From positions 41,623 through 105,622 of the IMG/VR virus record IMGVR_UViG_3300008107_000033: DNA of 64,000 bases; one strand, given 5' to 3'. The notes beneath the pieces are model-generated. The model saw only the letters and a program-made list of their open reading frames with translations. It made no database searches and was not told the origin of the DNA. The stretch is from a virus. This document shows positions 10,273 through 22,130 of this stretch, one piece after another; the first letter of the stretch is position 1, and every line of letters begins with the position of its first letter. A program made the position numbers and the translations under genes.

Positions 10273-11532
10273 ATGAAAAATTTTGTTATAACAAATAAGT
10301 ATATAGTACGTGCCCCAAACATTGGACAAGCAAAGAATATTGTTTTTGAGGGTACTGGAAACGGTGACTTATTGGGCGATTCACTACACGCAATTGAAAT
10401 AAGTGATGATGAAATTACTGATTTTATTAACGATAAAGACTCAATGTATACCCAGTCTTCTGTCGTTACTGTAGAAGATCCTTCCATTTATGAAGATGAA
10501 GAATATGATTCCACTGATTCAGTTTCAGCTATATCTGATTCACGAAATGAATTCCTAAGATCAGAGAATAAAAAACTCGCTAAGAGAGTTGAAACCCTAA
10601 AGAATGTTCAGGATGAAGTTGTCAAAGCCGCCTATGCAGCCGCCTATGATGCATTTTCCAGCTTGGAATTTCCAAAGACAAAAGCTCCTTCATTTAAAAA
10701 GATTAAAGATAAACTTCCAGAAACCGCTGTTGCAGTATTTGCTGACTGGCAGTTAGGTAAAATTACACCGACCTATGATTCATCAGTTCTAGAATCTAGA
10801 ATTGAAGAATATACAGATAAGTTATTAGAGATTACCGAGATTCAAAGAATGGATCATAACGTAAATGATCTTCATGTTTGGCTTTTAGGTGATATTGTAG
10901 AGGGAGAAGAAATTTTTCCAGGCCAAAGCCACCTCATAGATTCGGGTCTATATAGACAAGTAGGAGTTAACGGCCCAAGAATTTTAAGCAGATTCTTGAC
11001 TACGGCATTAGAAAACTTTGAACATGTGCACGTAACTGCTGTTATAGGTAATCATGGAGCAGTGGGTGGAAGAGCAAGAAAGCAGCATGATCCAGAAACA
11101 AACATGGACAGACTTCTTTATAAGATTGTTGAGCTCATGTTTTCAAATGAAGACAGAATCACTTTTAATATCCCAGATGGCAAGGGTGAAAGAAATTGGT
11201 ATGCAGTAGATAATATAGGAAGCTATAGTTCTCTACTAATTCATGGCGACCAACTGCCTGCACCAACGTCATACTATGGTTACTATAAAAAGGTAATGGG
11301 ATGGAAAGATGGTGCTATTCCAGAGCATTTTGATGATGTATTCATGGGTCACTACCATCAGCAATTTAAGATGACTATTGGAAGTACTTTATTAAGAATT
11401 TCTGGTTCTCCAGAAAGCAATAATACATACGCTCAAGAATATTTCTCTTCAATGAGCAGACCATGTCAACACCTCATGTATGTACATCCAGAGAATGGAA
11501 TTACTTCCGAGTATTCTATTTGGCTAGACTAA
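10273..11532 (+). CDS. Calcineurin-like metallophosphoesterase with N-terminal coiled coil
   Basis: Motifs ADWQLG, GDIVEG, GNHG, HGD, GHYH in the canonical order. Confidence 0.85.
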   Translation: MKNFVITNKYIVRAPNIGQAKNIVFEGTGNGDLLGDSLHAIEISDDEITDFINDKDSMYTQSSVVTVEDPSIYEDEEYDSTDSVSAISDSRNEFLRSENKKLAKRVETLKNVQDEVVKAAYAAAYDAFSSLEFPKTKAPSFKKIKDKLPETAVAVFADWQLGKITPTYDSSVLESRIEEYTDKLLEITEIQRMDHNVNDLHVWLLGDIVEGEEIFPGQSHLIDSGLYRQVGVNGPRILSRFLTTALENFEHVHVTAVIGNHGAVGGRARKQHDPETNMDRLLYKIVELMFSNEDRITFNIPDGKGERNWYAVDNIGSYSSLLIHGDQLPAPTSYYGYYKKVMGWKDGAIPEHFDDVFMGHYHQQFKMTIGSTLLRISGSPESNNTYAQEYFSSMSRPCQHLMYVHPENGITSEYSIWLD

Positions 11533-11548
11533 TTAAAAAGGATCAGTA

Positions 11549-14500
11549 ATGAAAAATTATCTCTTGGGTCTTCGCAGTGGAGATTTCAACAAGGTTGGTA
11601 ATATTTGGACTACTGATCCTATTTATTTATATAATAATAAATTTTATAAAAATTATTCGTATAAGAGATCCCCTACTGGATTAAATCTAATAGGGGACTA
11701 TACGTTTGTTGGCACTGAAGTATCCTCTCCATCTTATGCTGGATCACCAAACCCCGCTCATGACACCAATGCTGTATACGTAACAAACTACGGTGAAGTC
11801 GTATACGAGTCAGCTACACCCGATTTGCTGAGGTTTATAGATACAACATCTAGAATTGATATTGTTTCCTACAAGCATGCGTTTACAAATTTAACGCGGA
11901 AGCGAAGTACCAACTTTTAATCTTCAGATGTATGAGTCAGATAATGAATCTGGCCCATGGATGAAGTCAGAAATTACAATAGATTCTTCTTCTATATTTT
12001 TGACTAATTCAAAAAAATATATAAAAATACAATTAGAAATATTTTCTGAAGCAGAAGATGTAACCGCGTTTGGTTTATTATTGTTTATCAACGTATTGAT
12101 ACACGATGTAGATACTCCTGTAATATCAGATTCAGCAAGAAGCATACTTTCTAAATTCCCAACATGGACTTCATTATATGAAGACTCGATAGAAGCAGCA
12201 ACGCCATCCTTCAAGATTGCAGAGTCTGTTGGTGGAAAATTTATTTCTTCTTTAGTTGGAGAATATTTAGATAATTTTGAATCGGAATTAAATTTACAGG
12301 ATATTAATTCTTTTATATCAACAGCAGATGAAGACGTTGTTGATTGGATTTATCTCACTTATGCCGTTCCATCCGCAGCACTTTCTGTGTCCGGCGATTC
12401 TATAGAGTTAGCAAGATCTGGTTCTTTAGAAAATTTTTATGAATCAAGAAAAACAGATTATATTTATTATCACAATCTTATAGATAATCAAATAATTACT
12501 TTAAGAAAATTTGATAATTTATCAATAGATGGGACTACATATGATCAAGACCCAATATTATTCTTTAATATATTTGATGAATTTGGATCAAGAGTTGGGC
12601 TAAAAAGATTATACTTAGAAAATAATTCTAATTACAAAAAGAGAATCTTAGATGTATATCAAAACCCTCCATCAGTAGATTTGAATGGGTTAAAATTAAC
12701 CCTTAGAAGAGAATTAGATATCTGGAGAGCATATGGAGCTACTCCAAATTCAACTTACCTAGGCGCAACTCCTGAAATATTAGAGATATCTGACATTGAA
12801 TCGTCAACACCATATTTTAACTTTGACGGAAATCCATCAAAAGATTTTAATTCTTTTGTAAGATATATAAACGAAACATATCCTTCCAACTTAGGCTATG
12901 CAAACTGGGATGAGGGAATTTGGGACTACGCTGGTTTAGCTGGCGAGGGAATGTCACATATTCCATTCATATATGATACAGCTACCCCATTAGGGCAATA
13001 TTTTCAACCTGGATTTGGCGATTTTGAAGACGGCAAACTTCTAATTACATCTGATGATTTTGCAACAGTATCTTTTGATGGTTATTTCCAGGCAGATGGA
13101 TTTAGAATGTCATCAGATAAAGATCATTATAATCCAATAGAAATAGATTTTGAATATTATGGAAGCTATTCACTCAATACTGCTAATCCAGATGTAAGTA
13201 ATCCGAATTCAGCAACTCCGTATAATGCTGGTGTTTCCGTTGTTTACGAAGTACACATGCCAGCGCATAATCAATATGCAACTCCATCTGTATTTTACAC
13301 AAACATGTCTTATCTTGACAGGGATGATTTTTTTGTTAAGAACTATTACCTGCAGTCAAGCGATGCAAGTCCTGAATATAACCTAATACAGGTTGTAAAC
13401 TCAGATGGACTAACAAATGACAATCTTTCTTTTAGAGAAAAAACATATGATTATTTGTATGTAAATGATCAAGCTACACCAAATACAAATTCAATTGATA
13501 TTTCTAAAGCTTCTCAAATTAGAATAGTTGCAAAATCAAAATGGAATGAATCAACAGATTCATATGTTACCAATTCATATGCAGCTTATAGAATTGCTTT
13601 CAACGAAGATGGAAGAGGATACTGGGTTAATCCAACAGCCGGTTCATACATTTCTTTGGCAACGCCAAACATAAATTATTTAAATTCAAACTTTAAAATA
13701 GGATCTACTGTATACGGAACACAAAATATTACAGGAATAACGGACATAATAGAAGGAAGAATGGTCGTTAATTCATTTAACGATCCATCAATAGTCGATG
13801 ACGTACTAATAACAAAGAATGAAATAAAAGCACCTTTAATCTTTCCAATTGGTTCAACTCCACAAAATATTTATTTTAGTAGTAAAAAAATAAATCCAGA
13901 ACCTCTTTATAATACATTTCAAACTCTTGAACTAAAACCCCCAAAGCATGGTGGTACATCATATAATCATATTGATGATGTAGAATATTTTATACCAGCT
14001 TCTCCTAATATTGTATTGAATATTTATAACGAACAATTTGATTCTTTAGAAGAAAATATATATTCTCCAGTTTCTTCAAGCTATTTTGAGACAGCAACAA
14101 TCAACTATACAACAGGTTCTGAAACACTTATCATAACAAATGGATTAGCATCAACTCCGTACTACCCATTTAAATCTTCGGTATGGGAGCAACTGCCAGA
14201 GCCTTTATCAAGCACACCTATGATATATGGCTACCTAGATAGATATGGGAATGCTTATAAAAATGGTGAAACACTAGAAGATTCTGGTAGAACAACCAAT
14301 GCTAGCCAGGTTGATTCTTTTGTATCTAAATATAACTTGTCTAGATTATCTTTTGGTTTAGGCCAAGAGAGTAATGATACCTATGTGATAACTTCAATTG
14401 AAGCAGTCAGTTCGAATGAAGACGTAATACTTAGTGTTCCAAATAAACAAGTTAGTTCAAGTGGTTTTGCGCCCAATTCGGCAGTTAATTTCATAGAAGA

Positions 14501-16355
14501 AATATACAATGAAGAAACAGGTGAATACGAGTATAGTGAATTAACAGTAAATGCACAAGCTGCAGACTATTATGACAATAAAAATATTAGTCTTTTAGAT
14601 ACAAAACAACCAGATATAAATGTTGGTTGGTTAGATTTGCCCAATAATGAATATTACATATATTCAGCACCAATAATCGAAGCTTATAGTGGACAGTTAT
14701 TCGAACTTCAGCTAACAAATACACCAAGACAGGGTGCTCCAGTCATAGTTAATTTATATAGTGGAGGGTCAACAATTCAATATGATGAATTGGTATTTAA
14801 TGATTCGGCAACTCCTGGTAACGTAACATTTTATAATGAAGAAACAGTAATTGCATCCGATAACTCAGCCGTATATTTGGCTTATCCAAGTGTATCCAAT
14901 ATTACACTTAAAGACACATATAGTGGAAACGCATTAGTCGAATCTATTTTAAATCCAGGATTTTATACTTGGACTTCAGTCGATCAAAATGGGGATTACA
15001 CATTAAGTGAAGACGAAAATACTGAATATTATATATTTAATTCTGAAGTTGAAAATAAATTTGTAATATTAAATAGCGAAACTTATGAAAGCGGAGTGGT
15101 TTCGGGTAGGGAATATCTTGCAACTTACACTGTCAACAATGCTTATTACATTGATAGAAATTATTATGATTCCACTTTAGATGATTATTTTGGAAAAATA
15201 TATTTCTCTTCGACTCCAGGAATTACCTCTTCATATGAAATAATATATGAAACTTCAAAGTATAAATCAAGCACTCCTTCTGGTCTTTATTTGAATCCAC
15301 TATATAATCCAATAGATGAGGGATTTGTATTCGTATCTGATTCCGATTATGCTTTTGATACAGCAGGAGTATGGATATCGCCGCAAAAGATATTTGATGC
15401 TTCTGATGATATCATATATGTATCAATCGTTTCATATGATACTAATGGAAACCCAAAACCTTATCAAACTTTTAGAATTTATGGCAGTGAAATAACAGCA
15501 GAAAATGAATATCTAACAACAAATCAAAATGGTTTTGCAACTACAAGCTTCAGATATTCCGGTGTAATACCTGCCGTTAATACTGAAATAGAAATATTTG
15601 TTTCTGGCATTTCATACCCATCCGCAAATGCACATGAAAACAGTTCGTCTGGTTCGTTTAGTGATTCATACACAATAGACCTCGCATTGAGCAATGCTTA
15701 TACATATGAATTTAAAGCTGCTCCAGACAAGATGAATATTAAAGCTGATGGAATGGGCGATGTATATATTAAGGGGTATGTAAGGCAGGGTAACATTCCA
15801 CCTTCAAGCACCCCAGCAATATATTGGAGAAAAGCCAGAACTGCCTACGCGTCTTTGGAAGAAATAAATTATTCAACAAATTCAAGTACACCTGGTAGAT
15901 ATGGAACATCTGGCCTTGTGTATGCAGATGAATACGGAAACTTTAATATTGGTCCATTCTATGCACAGGATAGGACAAAGCCTGGCTATTGGTTTGTTAC
16001 CCTGGATACAGAATTAGCTTCCACTCCTTCCGCAACTCCTGTTACTATATATGGTGACATAGTTTATTGGTATGAAAATTACGACAATTTACATTATTCA
16101 AATGAGATTGTCCCGCTCCCAGAATCCTATACAGCAATACCAGGTTCTGGTTCGGAGATACTTGCTAAGTCTAGTTTTACCTATAGACATTATGACATGG
16201 AGTTTGATGATCAATCTGCGGCAACTATAAATTGGGTACCACCAAGATGGTTCCCAGTAAGTAGATATGATCAATATCAAATGGGATTTTTTGGATCAAC
16301 ACCAAATACTATTTCGGAATATCAAGACCTAAATTCAGATTATGAGGATAGCTAA
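11549..16355 (+). CDS. Large virion structural protein (baseplate/tail); needs +1 frame change at CGGA 11897-11900 (about 1601 aa joined)
   Basis: ORF 11549..11920 has SD AAGGA. The +1 frame is open from GGA 11898 (GSEVPTFNLQMYES...) into 11928..16355. Contains FDEFGSRVGLKRLYLENN and about 20 dispersed [AS]TP motifs, one of them in the upstream part. Confidence 0.65.
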
Positions 16356-19300
16356 TGAAGCTATTTAAAAATACAACAGATAGTCAAAAAGAAAATGCAA
16401 TAAAGGTTGGATTATCTGTCCCCGATGATGCAGCAAACATTGCGTACTTTGTAAATGAACAATTATCTCCTAAAAATAATTTAACTGTAATAGATTTATC
16501 AAGTTCTATACCTGAAAATAAAATTTCTTTAGACAGAGGTGTAAAGACTTATTATGCAAACGAGCTTGGAATTTTAGAGGACCAAAATGGAAATACAATA
16601 TTTCCAAGTCAAGATGTTTCAATAAGCGATTCTTTTTTATTAAAAGATTATCAAACGGAAATGCTAAAAGTATCTGAAATAAATTCAGATGAATTTTTTC
16701 ATTATTATTATGTTAGTAGATTTTTTGTATCTGCTCCCTCAAACTATAGCACCTATGGTCTGTCTGAATATATACCACAATCTTTTTATGGATATTTAAA
16801 TATAAAAGTTTTGAATTCGCAAAATCAAGATCATATAGATATAAATACTGGTAGAAAAAAATATAAAATACTACTTGATCCGTTTATAACAGAAAATAAT
16901 TATCAAGATACAGAAATTCCATATAGGATAATTATAGGATTAGATTCTTCTGACCCCATTAATCTTAAGTTAGTTTATGACAAAATTGAATGCGATTCAA
17001 ATGGAAAAGCAACTTCACAATACCTGAGGTACTCAGAGTCAATTAATGCTATTGAGTATTTTAAGATTATTCCAGAAGAAAGTTTTGTTATAGATAATAA
17101 TTATGATAAAAAAGTATTTTCTGTAAAAAAGTTTAATAAAAAATATTCAGATATATTTAATGTAAATATTAATTCAACTGGATATCAAGTTTTTGTTCCA
17201 AAAAGAGCAATATCTGATAATAGAACTTATGAAGTTTTTAACTGGAGATTAATAGCAAGATCAAAACAATCAGTTAACTTAGAGTTAATTGATTATTTCT
17301 CTGACCTAGAAACAACTACTGGGATAAAACAAAAGACAGTAAATGTTGGAGTCTTATATGACTCATTAGACACTCAATCATTGGAGATTATTAAGCCATA
17401 TGTATTTTATAGACTTGAAAAATCTCCGTTTAATTTCTCTAAGTTTCAATTTAAAAATCCAATAAGTGAAGCTGATAATAATTTAGATAAAACTAAAGCA
17501 AATTATTGGATGATTGATCTTCAATCAATTGATTCATTAGAAGATTTTGATATATTAACATTTTGCCCAACAACGAAACTCTCAGAAAAAGCTAATATTT
17601 TAATAAATAATTATGTAAAGATACATAATGGAACACTACTTGTTGATGGTTCACTCTATCCAGCAGAAGAACCATTTCTGAGTGCAGAAATAAGCATAAA
17701 TGCATTTAATGCAACAGTAGTTCCAACATACTATGGGTATCAAACGTCATCAAAAATTCTTGATGAAACAAAAAATGGTGGATGGAATATAGATTCCAGC
17801 ATATTTGAAAACGAAGACTATGGAATCTTTGGCCTCAAAAAAAGTGCGTATAGAACAATGTCTGGAGTTAATTCCTCTAAGAGCTTTTTAAATATAGGTA
17901 TGAGTTCATCTTCAAATAGTTCTGTTGGAGCACTTTTTGAATATCCAAATGTTGGTGATGCAGTTGCGCAAGGAAATATAATATTTACTTCTTTTTCATT
18001 TTTAGAATACTGCAATTCTGTATACAGTATTGCTGCAAGGTCAACTGTTCTTAATGTTAATAATCAAGATTCTGTTTTTGAAGAAAACGATACCAGTTTA
18101 ATTTCTGCAGTTGTAGAAGGTCCCTTTAAGTTATTCTACAATTCTGTTTCCTATGCTTTATATTCTAGGTCTTACGCGTCAAGGGTTATAGATACAAGAT
18201 CTTCTTTATTCAATTTTGTTGGAGAGTGGAATTCATCTTGGGTTATGGATCAAAATGCACTTCTCGCTGAAGAAAAAGAACAGCTATTTGTGAATATTAC
18301 AGTTGGAGCAAATGAAACTAGGTATGCAAAAAATATAATTCCATCCACTCTTAATGTGGGTGGATACTATCTGCGCAGTTTAACTGAAGCACTTCCGACT
18401 TATCAAAGAGATAAGATTTCTTTTATAGATTTAGATTCTGTAGATTTTTTTATAGAAGTAACAAATCCAGATGTCACAATAGCAAATTCAACTATCGTTG
18501 CTTCTCCTATAGAAGAAAATATAGCAAGTTCTTATACTTTATATAAAGTCTCATCTTTGAATGATTTTGTTTATGCATATACAGAAACAATATCTCCAAC
18601 AATAAATATACCAGACGGATTTGGTCCGTATGTTGTAAAGGAGATTCCAAGTCTAAGAAGTTCAAATTCAAAATTACTTAATAACAATATTGATCCAACA
18701 AACTATTTTGTTGCGTATCCATTTGAATTAGAAACAGCATATTCTTATCAAACTGCAACAGATAAACCTCTTGGTTTTAGTGGGACGTATTCGTCAGATA
18801 TAAGAATACACTATCAGGGCCAGGGCCAATTGCAATTGAAAAGAGCAGTTGGAACCGTAATTAGAAATTATACTGTTATACAAAGAGGGGAACCAACATT
18901 AATTGATGCTGGCGGCACAATACCTGGCCAAGCTCAAAACGATGTCCCCTGCATAAATCTTACTTCTGGAAGAGATTCTGTTTTTGCTGCTTCAGATCTT
19001 GTTTGGAGAAATTTTGATTATACATGGGATATAGATAATGGTAATGTACCTAGCACTTGGGTAGTTGGTACAACAGGTGAATATGTAAAATATATTAAGT
19101 CAATGTTGAAGGCTGGAGGATTTTACGGAGGTGCAATAAATACTAACTATGACCAAGCAGCCTCTACGGCGGTCACTGCATTTCAAAATAGAATGAAAAC
19201 AACTGGAATAAAATTTGATGGAATTGTTGACGGAAAAGTGGACAGTCAAACAAAGTCTTTATTTGTTAGTGCTATTTCACTTGGTATAATCAATCCAGAA

Positions 19301-22130
19301 ACAGCAAGGACTATCTGCACCACGAATGGAGTTTTAAAGTACTACGATGCTGCGTTGTCTCAGGGTGATATAAGTGAAATAAATTCTGGTGGAAAATACA
19401 GAAGAATTAGCTATTCAGGCGGAGGGCTCGGACTTCAAGTAACGGTAATTCAAGATGTAATATTTTTTACTATACCAGATGGGGCAGAAACAGTAAAAAA
19501 TGTTAAAATTAATTTTGGGACTCTTGAAAATTGGCGCAATGTAACAGTAGTATCTTATGGTTTTGCTCCAGTCAATCATGCAGCAAATAATATATCTTTT
19601 GCAAACACCACAAATAACAGCGCATATAAGGGTTATACAGTAAATAGAAAACCAGATACTTCTGGAACCGTCACTCTATCAATGCATGACCTACCGGTCT
19701 CACAATGTAAGTATGGTTATATTTATTTTAAGACTAATGCAGTCATAAATCAAAGTAAATATGGAAACGCAGAAGGTTATCAAATTAGAAGTATAAAATG
19801 TGATATAGTTGGAAATGCAACTACATCAGAACCTGTCTACGGTGACCCAGAAGAAATTCCAGTTTCGGTATCAGAAACCTACAATGCATTTCCTAGTTTA
19901 ACTAAACCAGAAGTTGAAGATATAGCAAACTATTGGGTTGAAAATAATCCAAAGGTTTTTTATGAAGGCACTAGCTTAAAGTCAAATCAATCTGGGTATT
20001 TAATTTATACTGTTGATACCGAAAAGTATTATTCTTGGAATGGATCATCATGGTCAGAAATCGCATTTGCAGAGACTACTGAAAAAAATATTAAGTTTGA
20101 TACAACAGTGGTAACAAAAACTGTAGATGCTTACGTTAACGCAACAACCTCGGAAAAGTTTTCTAATTTATCAGCCCTTAAAGATCATACAGTAAAATAT
20201 GATACCAATACAATTAAAACAATTTCATTAAACTTTAATTCTATAGTATATAGTTATTTAAATAAATCATATACAGATGGATTTGTTAGTACAACAGGTC
20301 AATATAACCGGACTTTCTGATAATAATTTTGAATTTGCGTCAGGTGTCGTATTCGATTTTACTAAACCGCTTTATGTTGATTTAAATGGTTCAAATTCTG
20401 TTTCTATCACTTCTCTTGTTTCAGAAACTGGATCAAATGTATCTTCACCATCATCTGTATTGACTATAAAATATTTAGAAACAAATCCGGTTTCCGAAAA
20501 TGCCACAAGGGTAACGCTGGAGACTTCAGCTACGTACTATTCTGGGTCAAATGTGATTAGCACTCCATTAACGTATGTCGGTGACTATGTGATGAAAAAT
20601 CTAAACAATGTAATAATTCCAAAAAAAGAATCAATAACAACTTTAGATGGAACACTTTTACTTTGTAGTGAATCTGGAAAACCAGTAGGTATCCCAACTG
20701 GAATAGAAATATCCAGTTACTTTAGCTCTACGGCAACAGAGCAAGAAAAAGATGCAAGACTTGGTTTTGTTTATATTAAGAATAGAATACCAGAACAAAA
20801 TGGATTCATATTTGGGTTCTATGATTTCGCTGAAAAAGAATTTTTAGGTGACACGGTTTCTTATGTAGATATGATTGCTAGGGGAATTAATAATATATTT
20901 ATCGCAGTTTCCGCTTATGACTCAGATGGTAACACTCAAAATATAATAGATTATATAGGGCCAAAAGTTAGCACAAAATTTATACCAACCGATATTCCAA
21001 TTAAAAAAATATGTCCAGTTTATTCTGTAAAATATAATTCTGGCACAGCAATAAAAATTGGAAATATGACTTCTTATGTAGACAAGAAACAGGCTTGGCC
21101 ATTGGTTATAACATCTGGTTCTTTTACTAGAACAATTGTAATACCACAATCGATTTACAATGACTGGAAATCAGACTATGCAAACCAGACTGTTACCGCA
21201 ACTTATGACACAACAATAGCAAAAGGTATTAATTGGTCAAGCATTTTTGGTAGAGGGTATTATGATGTTAAAAATGAAAAACCAATATTGATTTCTGATA
21301 AACAAATAAAATTAAGACAAACGCCTTTAGTTGTTTGGCCAGAACCAAGTAGTTATACAAAGGCAGTATCCCCATTGTTTAAGCCTCAGATAGAAGTTTA
21401 TACAAGAGAAACACCATTGGCAGCTTGGGAAAAGTTAGCATCTTCTGAAATAAGAGATTATAACTGCAATTCTGGTGTCATAGAATTTAATGATAGAGTA
21501 ATTCCTTCTGATGAAAACTTGATAAAAGTAGATTACGTAATAAAGAATTCTGATCTAATGATATATCAGTCAAATGGAAACGCAGTTCCGCTTAATCCTT
21601 TCTTAAATTCTAAAAATATTAGATTTAATAAACCACTTTACATATATATAGTTCCTACAAAAATAAATAAAATATCAACATACTCATCTGAAGCAGCAGA
21701 GTACATACCGCTAGAAGAATATATACCAAGCTATCCATATAATTTTACTTACAATTCTGAAATATTTAATGAATATTCTCCAAAGTATGATCCATTTGCG
21801 TTACCAATTGGGATTATTTACTTTACTAATAATCCTAATAAGCAGCAAACAGAAATATATGATACAAGATTAAGAGGTGGAGGGATAGCCGCTGAGTATC
21901 AATTTATAGAAATAGATTCAGAAATAGATAATCTTCTTTCAAATTGGGATGTATATCCAATCCATGGAACCTCTTATCCAAGGGGTGGATTTGTTATAGT
22001 TAGAATACCAGATGAAGTTAAAGATAACTTTAAGAATATTGAAGAGATATATGATATAATTCGTAGGAACCTAACTGCTGGTGTTTCTTTCCAGGTACAA
22101 AATTTAGACGGAGAGCTCTGGGAAATATAA
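16355..22130 (+). CDS. Large virion structural protein with internal peptidoglycan-binding-like domain; joined by +1 frame change at CGGA 20309-20312 (about 1924 aa)
   Basis: ORFs 16355..20320 and 20277..22130 overlap in a +1 relation, with in-frame CGG-A two codons before the stop. PG-binding-like GTTGEYVKYIKSML...TAVTAFQ...DGKVDSQT at about 19060-19260. Confidence 0.6.
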
